This document shows positions 36,186 through 50,806 of a DNA stretch of 64,000 nt, piece after piece. The DNA comes from Lama guanicoe (taxonomy: Eukaryota), in assembly GCA_013239625.1 (NCBI GenBank), contig MU054391.1, positions 682,001 to 746,000 on the forward strand. Direction: 5' to 3'. The translations under genes were made by a program, and so were the position numbers. Under the pieces are notes generated by a model. The model had not been told where the DNA came from. It did not search any database and worked only from the letters and a program-made list of their open reading frames with translations. How positions within the stretch are numbered: the stretch's first letter is position 1; each line of letters opens with the position of its first letter.

Positions 36186-39100
36186 TTTTAAACGAGGGGT
36201 GGACATACCTGGGCCTACCCAGGTTCTTCCTTTCAGTAAGCCTAGGGCCGCCAGCTGCCAAGGGGCCCTGCCCCCAGGCGCACACTAAGTGGGTGACAGA
36301 TGGCAAGAGGAAAAGTGCTTTTTTTCCACCTTTTCCTAACTGTGCTCGTACTGGTTGATGTCTTCGAACTCTGCTGACTTCCAGGCCGCACCGGATTGGC
36401 CCCGGCTCTGGACCTCGATGCCCCTCCCGTGAGGCTGCTTGTGAGTCGGCATCAGGGCTCAAAGCCCAGGTGGCCCGCGGTCCTGTCCACATCAGCTTTC
36501 ATCCAGCGGCCAAGAACCTGTGTCTTTCTTGTGCTGTCCGCGCAGAAGTCACAGTCTGGGTGCGGGGGACATGGCAGGAGAGCAGGGTTGGAGCCACGCG
36601 TGCCCGAGTCACACGTCTTCATGTCCCCGTGATGCTGCCTCCAGACCGACGTCGCTCACAGGCGGCTCCCCGTGCACACAGACCTCGCCGACCAGCATGG
36701 CCCGCTTTCCACCTGAAGCAACAGCGCCTTCCAGTTTCCTGAAACCTCCCGGACAGTCTGGCCTAATCCCTGCCTTTCACAGAGCAGAGCCGGGCTCAGA
36801 GATGTGGCTGCAGTTGCCCGAGGCCGCCTGGCCAGCCAGCCCCCTGACCCCTCTGCTCTCCCTGGGTTGTCCCCCTGCAGAATCACAGGCGCCTTACAAG
36901 GCTGTGCTGTGCAAGCGCTTCTTCTGATCCTTTCCTTCACTGTTTACTCAGTGCCGAGGGCTGCCAGCCACGTGGATGTGCAGCTGACCGCACAGCCTGA
37001 GACCAAACAGGTCGCTGTGCACAGAAGCCAGGGTGCCAGAACGGCGGCTGTGAGACGAAGCCCAGCTGACGGGGTCCGGAAGGCGGCGAGGGGCTGGCCT
37101 GGCTCCCTGGCTGGGCTTCCAGAGACAGGCTGGATTTGGACAGAGAGAAGGGTCAAGGAGGTCCCCTCAAGCACCCGGGGCCTGCTTTGCAAAGCGCCGA
37201 GAGGGTAGGGCCCCACGAAGTTCCTGTGCGGTGAAATAGGCATACGCCAGAGACAGTTATTTGAAGAATTAAGAAATACGCATTTTAGGATCTCGAAAGC
37301 CATCTTTAAGCCTCAAGACGAAATGGTCTGCAAGTCTACGTTCAAGGTGAAACCGAGGCACGTCTCCATGAGAGCAGGTCAGCCTCACCATCCTCCCTGG
37401 CCGGAGCGGTGCTGGAGGGACCCCGCCTTCAGTGTGGGTGTGGCCCCCCAGCAAGGATGGCGGCGACACTGAGTGACACCCAGGCCGCTGCTGGGACCGT
37501 CTCCACCGAGAGCCTCATTGTCAGGGTTTCTCCACCGTCTCCCAGGGCGTGGCCTTGGCCTGACTTGTCCGGGAGCCTGGGAGAAGGAGGGAGCGTTGGG
37601 AGAAGGGGGGGCGTGTGAAGCCCTCCCTGGATGGGGTCCCGTTGCTCGGACAAGGTCTTAAAGAAAAAATGCACCATCACGCCCCGTGCAGATAATCCCC
37701 TGTGGTCACGCCACCGTCACGGGCCAGGTGTACCCTTTCCATGTTGGGAACGTCCGTCTGCCCCGTCACCCCGTGAGGCCTGTGGACTGGCCGCCACGTC
37801 AGCCAGGGGGACAGCTTTCGGCCGCCGCTTTTCTGCGGGCTGGAAGGGGCGGGCTGCTCAGAGGGGCTGCGTGGAGGGACAGCCAGAATGCGGAGGGAAG
37901 GTGCTTGCGGCAGGACTGCAGAGTTCTGCCCCGTCTGTCTCCATTTCCAGGAAGTGATGAGGTGACCCTGGGCTCCTGCGCTCAGTTAAGATGGAGGAGA
38001 CCCAGCCGCCGAGCAGGGTCGGCCCGGTCCTCCCCGTCCGCACTCACTCCTGGTGATTCATTCTTCTGGTCCAGCAGCGTTAATTGCCACCTGTCTGCTG
38101 AAGAACCCATCTCCCCTGAGCCCCACCCCTGCACCCAGGACCCTGACCTGGGCTCCTCGTGCGTTCAGGCCTCGACGGCCCCTGGGCAGGCCTCCGACCC
38201 CCCACAGGCTCTGCCTCTTTTTGGGACGCGAGCGGCGGGGGCACCTCGGGTGGCGCTCATGCCGGCCCCCTCACACTCCTCTGGAGGCCCTGTTAGTCCC
38301 GCCGACAGGACACCCAGAACCTGACCTCTGCTCACGCCCAGCTCCGCTCCTGGCCTCGCCTGGCCGGTCACTGGGAACAGAACCCACAGTCCCTGCAGCC
38401 CGGACACTGCCACGCCCCGGGTGCTCCCCGGCTGCCCCTGCTCTGACCTCCTTGGTGTCCCCGTAAGCGGGCAGTTTCCCAGGGGTCAGGGAGTGGCGGA
38501 GGTCAGGGACCAGGTCTGCCCACGGCATGCGGGAGCCCAGAGCCGTGGGGGGTCGCCTGCTGACCTCAGTGAGCAGCACGCGCTCTGGGCCTCCGCTTCT
38601 TTGCACAGTTCCGATACTTGAGCTTTTAGGTCTATAAAGGAAACCACGCGCGTGCCGATCGCATCATCACCCTTTCAGAGCGCGGTCCCGTCTGTGACGC
38701 CCCGCGATCCCACCCGTGCGGAGCCGCCCGAGTCTGCCCACGGCGGCGGGGGGGGGGGCCTGGTGGGCCGCGCAGCCCTGGTGCTGGGCTCTGCGGTGCC
38801 TTGTTGCTCTCAGTCAAGGCGGGAACTACAGAAACATTCCCCCTCCAGAGCCATTACGCAGCTGCTGAAGATAAGACTCCATAACCTACACGTTACACAC
38901 AAAACCAGGCGGCAAGACCCCAGACAGACACGGAGAAAATGAAAGTTAACACGCGTCTCAGACGCGGCTGCACACCGTGTTTGTCTCCCTGCTTTCTCAA
39001 CTTTCTGAGCTGCTATTAGTCAATGAAAACTTCCCTGGTCTTGTTGAGGGCACACTGCTTCCCTCTTAGACAAGAGCCCCCCCGCCACATGCTGGGGTGG

Positions 39101-40034
39101 GCGAGTGCACCTTCCAGCAGGCTTGCTCCCTGGTGACAGAATGAAAGTGTGTCACAAGGACTGTCGCTGCCTGACCACAGGAGTGTAACGCGAGCGAATG
39201 AGAAACCGCCACGCGCCCGTCCGAGCGGGGGGCGCAGAGCAGGGAGGGGGACACTCGGAAGGGGCGAGGCCACGTGTCCGTGAGCCTGGAAGCAGGCCGG
39301 GCTGCTCCTGGCCCTGGGATTGGAAACCAGCTAACACAAGGCACCGATCTGAACCCCGGGCTGTGAGGCATGCCTTACGGTGGCATCTTCGGAACCCAGA
39401 CGCTGCCAGTAACTGGGCCAAGGGAAGGCTGAAGGTCACGCCCACGCGGCACGCCTCCTGGAGCTGTGGCTAATGAGCGCAGGCAGCTGGAGCCAGGACG
39501 GCCAGGACGCCCACAGTGAGCAGGCTGCTGGCCACGCTGCCGCCCCCGTGTTGACAGCGCGCCTGCCGACTATCAGCCAGGCTTACTCAGTGACTGAGAA
39601 GGCGGTCTGAGGCTCCCTCTTTGATAGCCTGCTCCCCTAAATTGATTTTCTCTACAAATTTGGAAATAAGAAAGTCGAATATATTCTGAAAGTAAGGTAA
39701 CTGAAGCTTCCCACCACCTTGTATTAAACGCTGCCTGAATGGCCCAAAACAGTGAGGTTTCGGTGCAGTATGCAAATATTCTGTTCTGAAAACGGTCACA
39801 TCATGAAACTTACATAATACTTAGCTTTAATCTGTCTACAAATAGCATTAGATTTAAACAGAGGACACTGTGCAAAAATAAAAGGATTACCTATTTGTCA
39901 ATGGCTTAATAATAGAACAGAAATGTGGAGGACACAGATGCTAAACAAATCAGACTTTTCAGTTGTAGGAATGAAATATTCCTGAATGTTTATTAAAATG
40001 CAGTAAGTGTATATATACGAAGTCTGAGGTTCTA

Positions 40035-40200
40035 GGTGAGTGGTCCAATGCTGAGAGCCACTAGACACGTGTGGCTATTTACATGAGAATTAATACAGCT
40101 AAATGCAATTGAAAATGCAGTTCCTCAGCCCCGTGGCCTTGCTCACAGCACAGGTCCAGAACACTCCATCGTCCTGGAAAGTCCTGCTGGACCGTCCTGC
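40035..40200. mobile_element. MER3-like hAT-Charlie DNA transposon remnant with an internal deletion
   Basis: gtccaat...agccactagacacgtgtggctattt...aaaatgcagttcctcag...agaacactccatcgtcctggaaagtcctgctggac follows the MER3 layout. Confidence 0.7.
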
Positions 40201-41472
40201 AGAAGCGTGTCACAGAGTCAAATCACATCTGCACTGTGATTTTCAGAATGCACTGGCAGCTACTGCTTTCTGCTTTGTTTAAAATGTCAGGTGAGGGTGG
40301 GACTGCTTGTCGCCCTGTACTGCCAAGACTCTCTGGAGCTCCCTTTGAAGGGAGCCAGGGGCCTCCCTCTCTTAAGCACCCGCACCGCCGGAGACGTAAA
40401 TGTGCAGACAACTAGCTAGAGCTGGCTGATGCCTGGGGCTTGTCTCCTCCTGTAAAAACGCAGAAAAGGAACAGAGTAGGTGGGATGTGCTGTTCCCTGA
40501 CGTGTTGCTTGGGGAGAGCCCGGATCAGGTTCCACGTACAGGTGGGTCAAATACCCGACAGGCGAGACGGCTCCTCACCAGCTCCCTGCTCGCTGGCCTC
40601 CCCGGCCCCCACGCACCCCTTCCTCGCCTTCAGAGGCAGCCTTTCCAATCAAGAAAGACACTCAGAGAGAATGGCCAGGGCAAAAATGCCCTCGAAAGTC
40701 CTTGCCAATCATTTCCCGAAGGGGACGGCCACCTTACCTCCAACTTCACTCACTTTGCTCCAGGGAACTATAGATTAGCGAGGTGTTTACTGGAATAAAA
40801 CCTCAAATTTACACTTAAAGGCCAGTTAGTCTAGTCCTTGCTGGCCAGACACTCATCTCTACCACAGGAGCAGCCCCTCCTGAAGCTCGGGGCCGCAAGT
40901 GGACAGCAGCGTTCCCGTGAGCTTGCGGGAGCGTCATTTCTGAGAATCACCCCGAGGCGCCCAGAACGAGAAGAAAACGGGCCAGACCCCCAACAACTAG
41001 GAGAGGCCAAAGTTACCGAGGCGCGATGTCTGCGGGAGACTCAAAGACGCTTCAACGTGTTTTAGGAAGGGACGGGCATGTGGCTTTGAATCCTGGCCCA
41101 ACAACATAGACAGCACAAAATACACGTATTCACACACACGTGTGTTTATACATTGGTACACAGTACATGTAAACGTGTGTACATACATTCAAAATACCAG
41201 TAAAACTGCAGTATTTAAAATTGTAAGGAAAATCATTTTTTCCTTTTGTTCACATGCACCAAATATGCCGTGTACTTTATATCCTTTACTTTATGAAGAA
41301 ACATAAATAACCTAGCAGTTAAAGAGTAAACTTATTCAAAGAGCAATTTTAAATGGTTTGTATAGGATGTATTATTTCAGCTTGATTATATAGCAAATCG
41401 TGTTTTATTTGTTTAGAGATGATTATTATCATTCAGTCCTTTCCACTGTCTGCATTCAAATTTCATCATTTC

Positions 41473-41746
41473 AACAGAAACAGACTCACAGTACCGGGGG
41501 GGGGGGGCAAGAGGGTGGGGAGGGTTAAATTGGGAGTTTGAAATTTGCAGATACACACCACTGTCTATAAAATAGATAAACAACAAGATCCTACTGTGCA
41601 GCACAGGGAACTCTATTCAATAGCTTGCAATGGCCTATAATGAAAAAAATATGAATAGAAATATTTATCTGTATAAATGAATCACTATGCTGTCACCAGA
41701 AATTAACACAACATGGTAAACTGACTATACTTCAATTAAAAAAATA
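41473..41746 (+). mobile_element. 5'-truncated L1 3'-UTR with A-rich tail and 15-nt target-site duplication
   Basis: acagaaacagactcacag...tgggagtttgaaatttgcagatac...agcacagggaactctattcaa...ctgactatacttcaattaaaaaaa; flanked by aaatttcatcatttc (41458-41472) and aaattttattgtttc (41747-41761). Confidence 0.85.
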
Positions 41747-43063
41747 AAATTTTATTGTTTCTAAATGGAGGAATGGAATGCTAAGAAATATTTCACAAGA
41801 AAGGTCTTCCTCACAGCCTTATTCTGGACCTAAAACATTCTGCACATTTGTCACAATAAAAAACGTAAAAATTTCGGGGCCAGCGTGGATTAGGCTAGAA
41901 GTTCACCTGGAACCCCAGGACGGGCAGGCTCCCGACTCAGCTCGAGGGCAGCGGTCACGGCGGGCCGCGCTCTGCACGGCCGCTGTGTGGCCCATTGAGG
42001 GGCAGAGGCGGGGGGCTTAGCCAGTGGGACTGTGGGGAAGGCAGCTGAGACACGGGGCCCGCGGACGCCACCCTGGCCCTGAGGAAAGGGACAAGCCTCC
42101 CGGGGGGAGGGCTCTGCGGTGACCACCGTGACCACAGGTGCTAATGACGACCGTCTACACGTACGGGCTTGGACCCCAGCCGTTAGCTATTCTGCAACCT
42201 AGAGATCATGGATCAGGGACGGTGCATGTTCGTCACGTTTCATTTAGTTTTGAGGAAACTGGGTGATGTAACACCAGTGAGAAACACCAGTGAACAAGTT
42301 AACAATGTCAATTTCCACATGCAAACGAAGACCTGCTTTTCCGAGAAGCCTCCAGTCCACCCAGCAAAGCCCTCATGTTGACAAGAGAGGGTGCAGAGCT
42401 GACCCTGAGAGCACGTGGCGAGGTCTGGAAACACCTTCCCGTGCAGGGATGGCAGGGCCATCCACCCGGTGCCCAGGACGGCAACCTGGACATCTGACTC
42501 CACCCGGCCTCCCCTGCAGCTGAGCAGGGACCCAGTGTCTGGTTTCCCAGCCCGAAACTTTCTGTCCCCCGGCTCTGCCTGGCCTCTGACTCCCTACTTG
42601 GCACTCTGCCCTTGAGGGCAGCCCTGGCCTCTGCAGGTCCGTCTGCTGCCCACACCCTGGGCACAGCTGAGCTCAGGCCCTAGCCTGCCAGGACACGTCC
42701 CCACCAGGCCCCGCTGCTTCGCCAGCCAGCCCACTGCCCACCGTGGGGAGGGGGCCTCCCCTGATCATCCACCGCCAGGCCAGTCACCTTTCTGGGATGC
42801 TCTGCAGACAACAGGACGGTTGTCTCTGTGGCCTGGAAACCCTGACCACCAGCTCCCTGAGGGCAGACACTGCCTCATCTCTGGGTGCACATTCCACGTT
42901 TTTAACTCAAATGAAAAAAACAGCCTGGTTTGTGGTTTTCCTGGAAATGCCCTCCCTGGCTCTTGCTTCCACCTGGAAGCCCTGGGTCTTTCCAGATGGT
43001 CCCCCTTTACTGAAGGGATGTGAGCACAGACGGGCGTGACGATGCGGGTGTGATGACGCTCAC

Positions 43064-43435
43064 ATGCTGACCACGACAACCACACGTGAAACCTGTGCTC
43101 GGCTGTGCAAACGGGCACACAGGCACACGTGTACGCAGGCACACGTGTATACACATGCACACAAGCACATCTGCCCACACTCACACACGGACACACACAT
43201 GCATACTCATGCACACGTGCACACACAGACACAGGAGCACACACATGGACACAGGCACACACGTACACAAGCACATCTGCACACACACACGGACGCATAC
43301 GCACACACATGTGCACACGCAGGCGTGAGCACACATAGACACAGGCGAACACACACGGACACAGGCACACACGCGTGTGCACACACACACACACATGGAC
43401 ACAGGCGTGTGCACACCCACGCACGTGCTGGGACA
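43064..43435 (+). repeat. Long degenerate (CA)n low-complexity tract, read as (UG)n on the MYT1L pre-mRNA
   Basis: About 370 nt of cacac/gcac/acac units. Confidence 0.9.
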
Positions 43436-45079
43436 CGGGCACCGCAGGAACACGGCAGGGAGGAGCCGGGTGTGGGCGCCCCATTCTGGAACGACCCCTC
43501 AGCCTTCTAACGAGTGTGACTGCCACAGCGTCTTTCTTCTCCTGGTTTTTCTTCCTAAACGACAGGACTTGCTCTAGCGCCCCCCAAAGCCAGAAGGCCG
43601 GCAGGTTAGGAGTGACTGCTTTCCCCTAACCTCAGGTCCGTCGCAGAGGGCTGCCGGCGCAGAGCCGTTCGGCGAGCGCCACACTGAGCTTGCATCTCCC
43701 TCCTGGGCTTCTGCCCGCGGTCGCCACAGACCCAGCAAAGCCCGCGAGCCGGGAGGCCTGGGCGTGCCGCGTGGGGGTGGTGACACTCGCTCAGTTAAAC
43801 CCACTGCCCCAGTGAGCCGCGCGCCGGGGCTGCCCGTGTCACAGACAGGGAAACTGAGGCACGGACGATTCAGCGCCACTTGAAGGGGGAGGCCTGGCTC
43901 TGCGTCTTATCTTGCACAGAGTCTCTTCATACAAAAGCTGCGTCTGGATTATTCGCCCTCCAGCCTACACCTCTGCCCTCCCTTCCTGACCTAAGTCTGA
44001 GTTTTCATTCTGGAAACTTCCTCATACCTGCGCCCCATCCTGGGAGATGGCAGGGAACAAACAATGAAAAGCAAACACCCCAGGTGGCACCTCAAACATC
44101 GCCAGACAGCCTGCAGGAGCTTCGTAAACACAGATGAACTAGGGAATTGAGCACCTGCATTTTTCTTCTCTTTTTTCTTTTTCTTTTTTTGCTTTGTTTT
44201 GCTTTTGGTTGGTTTGTGTGTGAATATAGTTACAGGTGATTAAAATATAACCTGAAACCCAAACACCTCGAACTCTCCGTTAGTAATCCGGGTCTAATGC
44301 CGACCACGAGGGAGAGAGGGGTGGAGGGGGGCTCGCGGCGGGGTCCAGCGAGAACAGCAGACCAGTGGCACTCGCCGTGGGCAGGTGTCTTGGGGGGGGC
44401 CCTCCCTCCAGACACAGAGGGAAGGCCCAGGCCTCTCTCCCCGACGCCCCAGCACGGAGCTCAGCCAGCCGAGGCCGGGCATCGGGGCTGCGCTTCCCTT
44501 GTCATCTGTCTGTCTGTTCGTGTGAGTGTGTGCGTGTGAGCACGTGTCAGCACGTGTGTAAGCAAGTGTGAGCGTGCACTGGCATCTTCCTCAAACATTC
44601 TTACTGCAGAAGTTTGGCTACACTGTGCTTAACCAAATTTCCTATATTGGGCCTATTTTAAATTGGCCCTACTTATGGTAAAATAAAACTCTACCTGCAA
44701 CAAGCTGCATTTCTTAGGGTATTTTCTGAAAACCACTGTAGTGCGAACTTTATAAACCTGTTCCAGATGCTGAAATGTAGAAGGCAGGACTGGGTCCTCG
44801 CCAGGCAACCCCGGGATGCACCGAGCAGGCTGCGGCAAGAAGGGCGTGCGCAGCTCTGCACACTGACCGGGGCGTCACAGCCGGAAGCGCGGCGTCGCCG
44901 GGCCCCCTCACCCCATCGTGACCGAGCCCGGGTGTTAGGAGAGGACACTGCCCAAGACCCAAAGTTGAAAGCGTCAGAGAAGGACAGTCGGACTTCGCGT
45001 GTCTGTTCACGTAGTGAAGCATACGCCTTTAATTCTCCATCAAAAAGCAACACACCTACAGGTTTACTAACTTTGAGAA

Positions 45080-45245
45080 GGCAGAATGAAGTGTGGAAAA
45101 GGCACTTGGGCCAAGTTTGGACTCCACCATTTACTGATGGAGCCCCTCAGCACCCTGGCCTCAGTTTCCACATCCCTGAGATGGGTCCAAGCCCCCATCT
45201 CCTCTCATGGGGGGAGGTCAGTGTAGAGGCACTTTGTAAACAAGT
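45080..45245 (+). mobile_element. MIR SINE remnant
   Basis: gactccaccatttactg...ggcctcagtttccacatccctgagatggg...ctcatggggg...ggcactttgtaaac. Confidence 0.6.
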
Positions 45246-48200
45246 GTGACCTGCCTCTGTAACAGTGGTGCCACCATGGGTCTGTGGAAGGCTCCAGGAA
45301 TCAGCTAAATCTTGGGGTGTGTGTGGCTTACCACATCCCAGCAGATCATGACGTGCCCTGAGACACCCCAGGCTGGCGCCCCTTCTCCCCAACAGACATC
45401 ACATCACGAGCCAGGCACGCTCAGGCGGCTGGGCCAGTCACAGAGCAAGATGATTTCCAGCTAAAGGAGGGCGTCCGTGGGAGTCCTCTTCGAAGTGAAC
45501 GATCGTGTAACCCCCGCCTCCCCCAGTGTGAGGGCCAGAGCCTCACGATAACTCGGTCAAAAAGGAGTCGAACTTGCAGACAGGTCCCTGCGTCCTTCCA
45601 CACAGAAACACGCCCAGCTCAGGGGAACCAGGATGCCGCCGAGGGCAGCTGCAGTTCACAAAGTCCCCTGGATTTACTATTGTCAACGGTGAAGGCGGAA
45701 GAGGACAGAAGTCAGGTCACTGCTCAGAACTGGGCGTGCAGTGAGCGTGGGTGAACTTCCCGCCCCAAAGAGTAGAAGCAGGGGGGGGGATCTCTGTGAG
45801 ACCCCAGTAAGTAATCTCCCTAGAGACCGCACCACGCTCACAGCTGAAGAAATAAGCCCTCGGAAGTTCTAGACATAAGCAGCCTTTAGAGAAAAGTAGT
45901 ATCTTGGCCGGTCAAGCTCAAAATTTTAAATCTTTGCTTTAAATAAATGTGGGCAGGTTGAAAAAAAAAAAGCTCTTTGATATTGTGGTTAAAATTCCTC
46001 TAGTTTTGAGATGAAAACACATAGGACAGAGGCTTTGCGAGGACACAGTACACAAGAGGACGTTTTCAAGCACAGAGAACCGAGAAGTAGGGCCCCACCC
46101 GCCCCACGATGACTGGATCGAACATCGAGAAGTCAAGGCGGACCAGTGACTGACAACTCCTTTTCCTGCAGGAGGTGCGCTAATGACATGCGTCGTGGTA
46201 TTATCACAGGAAGAAGATGTGACTAATAAGGGGGTATCTAAACGCGGCCGACCGAAATAGAAATGGAAGCCAATTTGGGGGCCAATTTTTAGAGCTAACT
46301 GCCTCTGATTGAAATCAGCTCTGATTTGGCTTAAATTGGTCGCTGAGGTAGCAGAGCCCCCACGTCACGCCCGAGTCTGCTCCGATCACACGTCCGGGAG
46401 CCGGAGAAAGAGCTCCTGGGAGGACGCAGCTTGTTAAGAAAAGGAAGAAGGGAAAGGCGGACAGCGATGGGGGTGACGGTCTCTTTCCAGTTGCCACTTT
46501 CAGGAAATCTTTGCCAGTGAAATTTTAGAGAAATCTCCCTTGGGAGTCAGAGCACACGTTAGGCAGAAGTCTCACCAAAAAGGCACGCTGAGTTGGACAA
46601 TTTCATTCTTTTTCCCCCTGGCCTGGGGTCTCAGGGATCCTCACAGTCAGGAGTCCCCACACGGCTCTTCCCAGAGCGCCTGCATCAGCCCGGGAGGGTC
46701 TGCACGTCTCAGGCTCTGGGCTATAGACGTCTCTGGTCACCCTTGCCTGCCTCCAGGGGTCCCCTCCCCCTGGGCGCCCCCTCCCTGGGCGTCCCCCGCC
46801 TCACTGCCCAGACACCGACCTGTCCTCTGCGTCAGATGGACCCGAGCCCAGAGGAAGCAGAAGTTCCAGAGTCTGAATGATCTTGGCCGGCACATTCCAT
46901 TTTAATACACGTTCAGTCTGCACGTGGTACAGAACGGGACAGTTATCGACTCCTTTTTAAGAATATCCCGTATGTGTTGTTCTGGATAAGAACGGAGCAG
47001 AGCCTTATCTCAAGAGGTTTAAGAGGACTGGGGAGCCAAGACCCAGAGTTAATCTGGCGGACCTCGCTGTCTACCTGAGATCAAGAAAGCCCTGCGAACA
47101 GCCAGCTAACAAAACCCGGCATTGGAGGTGCGCAGGGGAGCGCTCCCAGAGGGCTCCGTTTCCTGGCTGATGCGCGTGAGAGAAGGATGCGCGTGGTGCC
47201 TGGGACCCACCTCCTCGTGCGCCTCTGTGAAGTGGACGCCACGGCACCCGGCCTGACACGGCGACCAGCGCGGCTGCGGCCTCTCCGGCGGCTCCGCGCG
47301 GCTGCAGCGGGAACCGACCAAAGCTTTAAAAAACACATACGCGTACGAAGAATAACCCGCTGGAAAGGGCACGCGCAGGAGTTATTCTAGAGGAAGCTGC
47401 TGCCGGTCCTAGAGGGTCTGCTCCGGGCATGGGAACTTTGTGGCCCACGGCAAAAATCAGCGGATGGGTGGAGGGGTGTCACCAAAGACAAGATGGAGGA
47501 CAAAACCCCACTTTGTAACCTAGGGCTTCCTCAGTGCAGAGAGACGCATCATCAAGGAAAAACTGCTCATTTAAATATCAAACTATTTATGGTAGACATT
47601 GAAGTGAAGTCCCTAGTTTTGAAGATCCAGTCATAAAAACAAAGCATTTCAGAAAACTGTCAAGTTGAGATTTCCCAGGAAAAGAACCAATCGAATTGGG
47701 ATTTACTTGTGACAAAGACAGGTTAGAAGCAACTGCAGCTTTTAGATCAGCTTAAATCAGGAGAGGCCATTGCCCTCTGGAAGATACAGCCTCCCCTCCA
47801 GGAGGAGGTTGGGGGGAGGGAACTGACTGCTGGCACCGCCCTGGGGGACGTGAAGGGCACCCCATCACCTCTGAAGATGCCGACGGTGAGGACCGCCACG
47901 CCATCCTCCAAGATGAGACTCGACAAGAAGAGAGTGCCGATGCGGGAGGAGGGGCAGTTCTGCCCGAACTTCAGGCCAACGCGGCCTTCTAAGGCCCAGG
48001 TCAGCGGATGCAAGCCAGCGAAAACCAGACCGGGCAGAAGCCTGCTCTGCTCCCTGGGGCTGGAGCCAGCCAAGGGGAAGCCAGGCTGGACGCAAGTTGT
48101 CCACAGGCTGCTCTCCTGCCTGCAGCTGGCCCGGGGGAACTGGAGATGTGCAAAGGGCGCCTCAGCAAGAAATTCAGAGGGAAGTCGCTGCGTCTGATGT

Positions 48201-49549
48201 GCTGGCCAGGTTCCGGGTCTGGGTGACCACGCTTTGATCGTGAGGAAGACATGGTTTCAAGCCATGCAAAAGGATGTCTCTACAGAGCGGGCTGAGCGGT
48301 CCTTGCTAATCCTGTCCGTTTGTGGCTCTAAAAGCTACTGGTCCATCAGGCACAGCGTGGACACGCTATGGACGTTAAAGCTGTTAAGGAAGGGCGTGAC
48401 CTGCAGGTGTCTACACGCCATGAAGAAAACTCCCCGAGGCGGGCGACGGAAGGGCTAGTTCAGGAGCTCTCTGAACGTGAGCAGCTGGTCTATGGCACCA
48501 GCACCTTGGACAGGGAGCCTGCAAAAAATGACACGGTGTGAAACGGAGCCCCTACCCTGCGCCGGCCCTGGTCCACGCGGTGGGATCGGGGCACGGGGTG
48601 GGGGCCTGGGGAAGGGGTCAAGCAGGATGTGAAAACAGAATTTTCTCTGCGTTGGTAAGAAAGTCATTTCCAGACAAGATGGAAGCCAAGCAGGTGACGG
48701 TATCTGCAACAGGCCAGGCAGTTAAAGACAATTACCGGGGATTCTGGGTGCTCGTGTTGTAGGACGTTGAAGCCTTGTCCCTTTCCCTTACATACGCCTG
48801 CAAGTCTGTTCCAACTAGATTCCTGGAGGTGCTGACACGCTGCCCCTGGTCTGCAGTGACTTCCTCCAAAACCTGCCTAGGAACCCAGTATGACCACGTG
48901 CACACGTGTGTCCACACGTGAAGAAGCAGCACCTTAGACCGGGAGTGCACACGAGGCTGACCAGACTCACGCTTAGAACACAGAGGACATGGCAGGCGTG
49001 GAGGAGGGGAGAGCTGTGGCGCCTGCGGGCGGGGGAGCCTGCGTTAGCTGTGGGCTGGCGCTGCCTTGGGGTCGCTGGCGGCTGTGGCCACGTGGACCGA
49101 AGGGATTAGCTCAGATCAGATCTGGGTGTTTTTTTTTTATCATCAGTGCCATTTAAATACCCATTTTTTAGATCGTTATCTTAACTACTGACTTTAAAAA
49201 AAATCAGCTTTTGACTTTGGACATTACAGTGACTTCCTAAACCTGTGCGCGCGTCTGAAAGCCTTCCCCTCCGGAGCGGGCGCATCCGGAGAGAAAACGC
49301 CTGTGCCTCGGACGATTCAAGACGGAAAGGCTACATGGGATTTAAAGCTGGAGGTGAGCGAGAGGGAAAAGGCAGAGTGCGCTGTCCGGAAAAGTGACTC
49401 AGCCCCGAAACCCCGACCCGGGTGCTGAGCTGAGGCGCTGATGGGCGCAGGTGGCTTTCTAGAGGCATTTTCCCTTTTGAGCGACACGTCCTTTTTGTTA
49501 CTACTAGCTGCATCGATTTCAGAAAGAGAATGATTTTTGTTAAATCTTA

Positions 49550-49771
<222 letters not shown>

Positions 49772-49923
49772 TTATTAAGATTTGCAGATTAATTTATGAA
49801 AACGTGTCTGTTCATAAACCATTTGAAAAATGAGATTAAACTATTTGAGCTCTTTGGTTGAAATGTTTGTAAATAATTTTGTAAAAAAAATTTCGGGGGT
49901 TTGTTTCCAAATAAAAGACATTA

Positions 49924-50229
<306 letters not shown>

Positions 50230-50491
50230 TTAGCTGCAATGTCTGCACGGGGTGACACCTGCAGGGGAGCTGCGGGGCACGGGGTCACACGAGGGTGGCG
50301 TCTCCACAGCACAGAGCATCGCTCAGAACAAGCGTCCACGGCCGCCTCTCACTCTACTCGGCTGCGCTGGGGACACTGTACGCTGCGCACGTCACATGCT
50401 CAAACGGCAAGGCATATACAGACCCGGTTTAAAATTAAGCCAAATAAAGGGAACGTTCGGAAGAGGCTAATTTCACCTCCCGTTGTGCTTA

Positions 50492-50806
<315 letters not shown>

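Noticed and set aside
42765-43526. Cys/Val-rich and His/Thr-rich ORFs
   Set aside because: Translations of the degenerate CA/TG microsatellite
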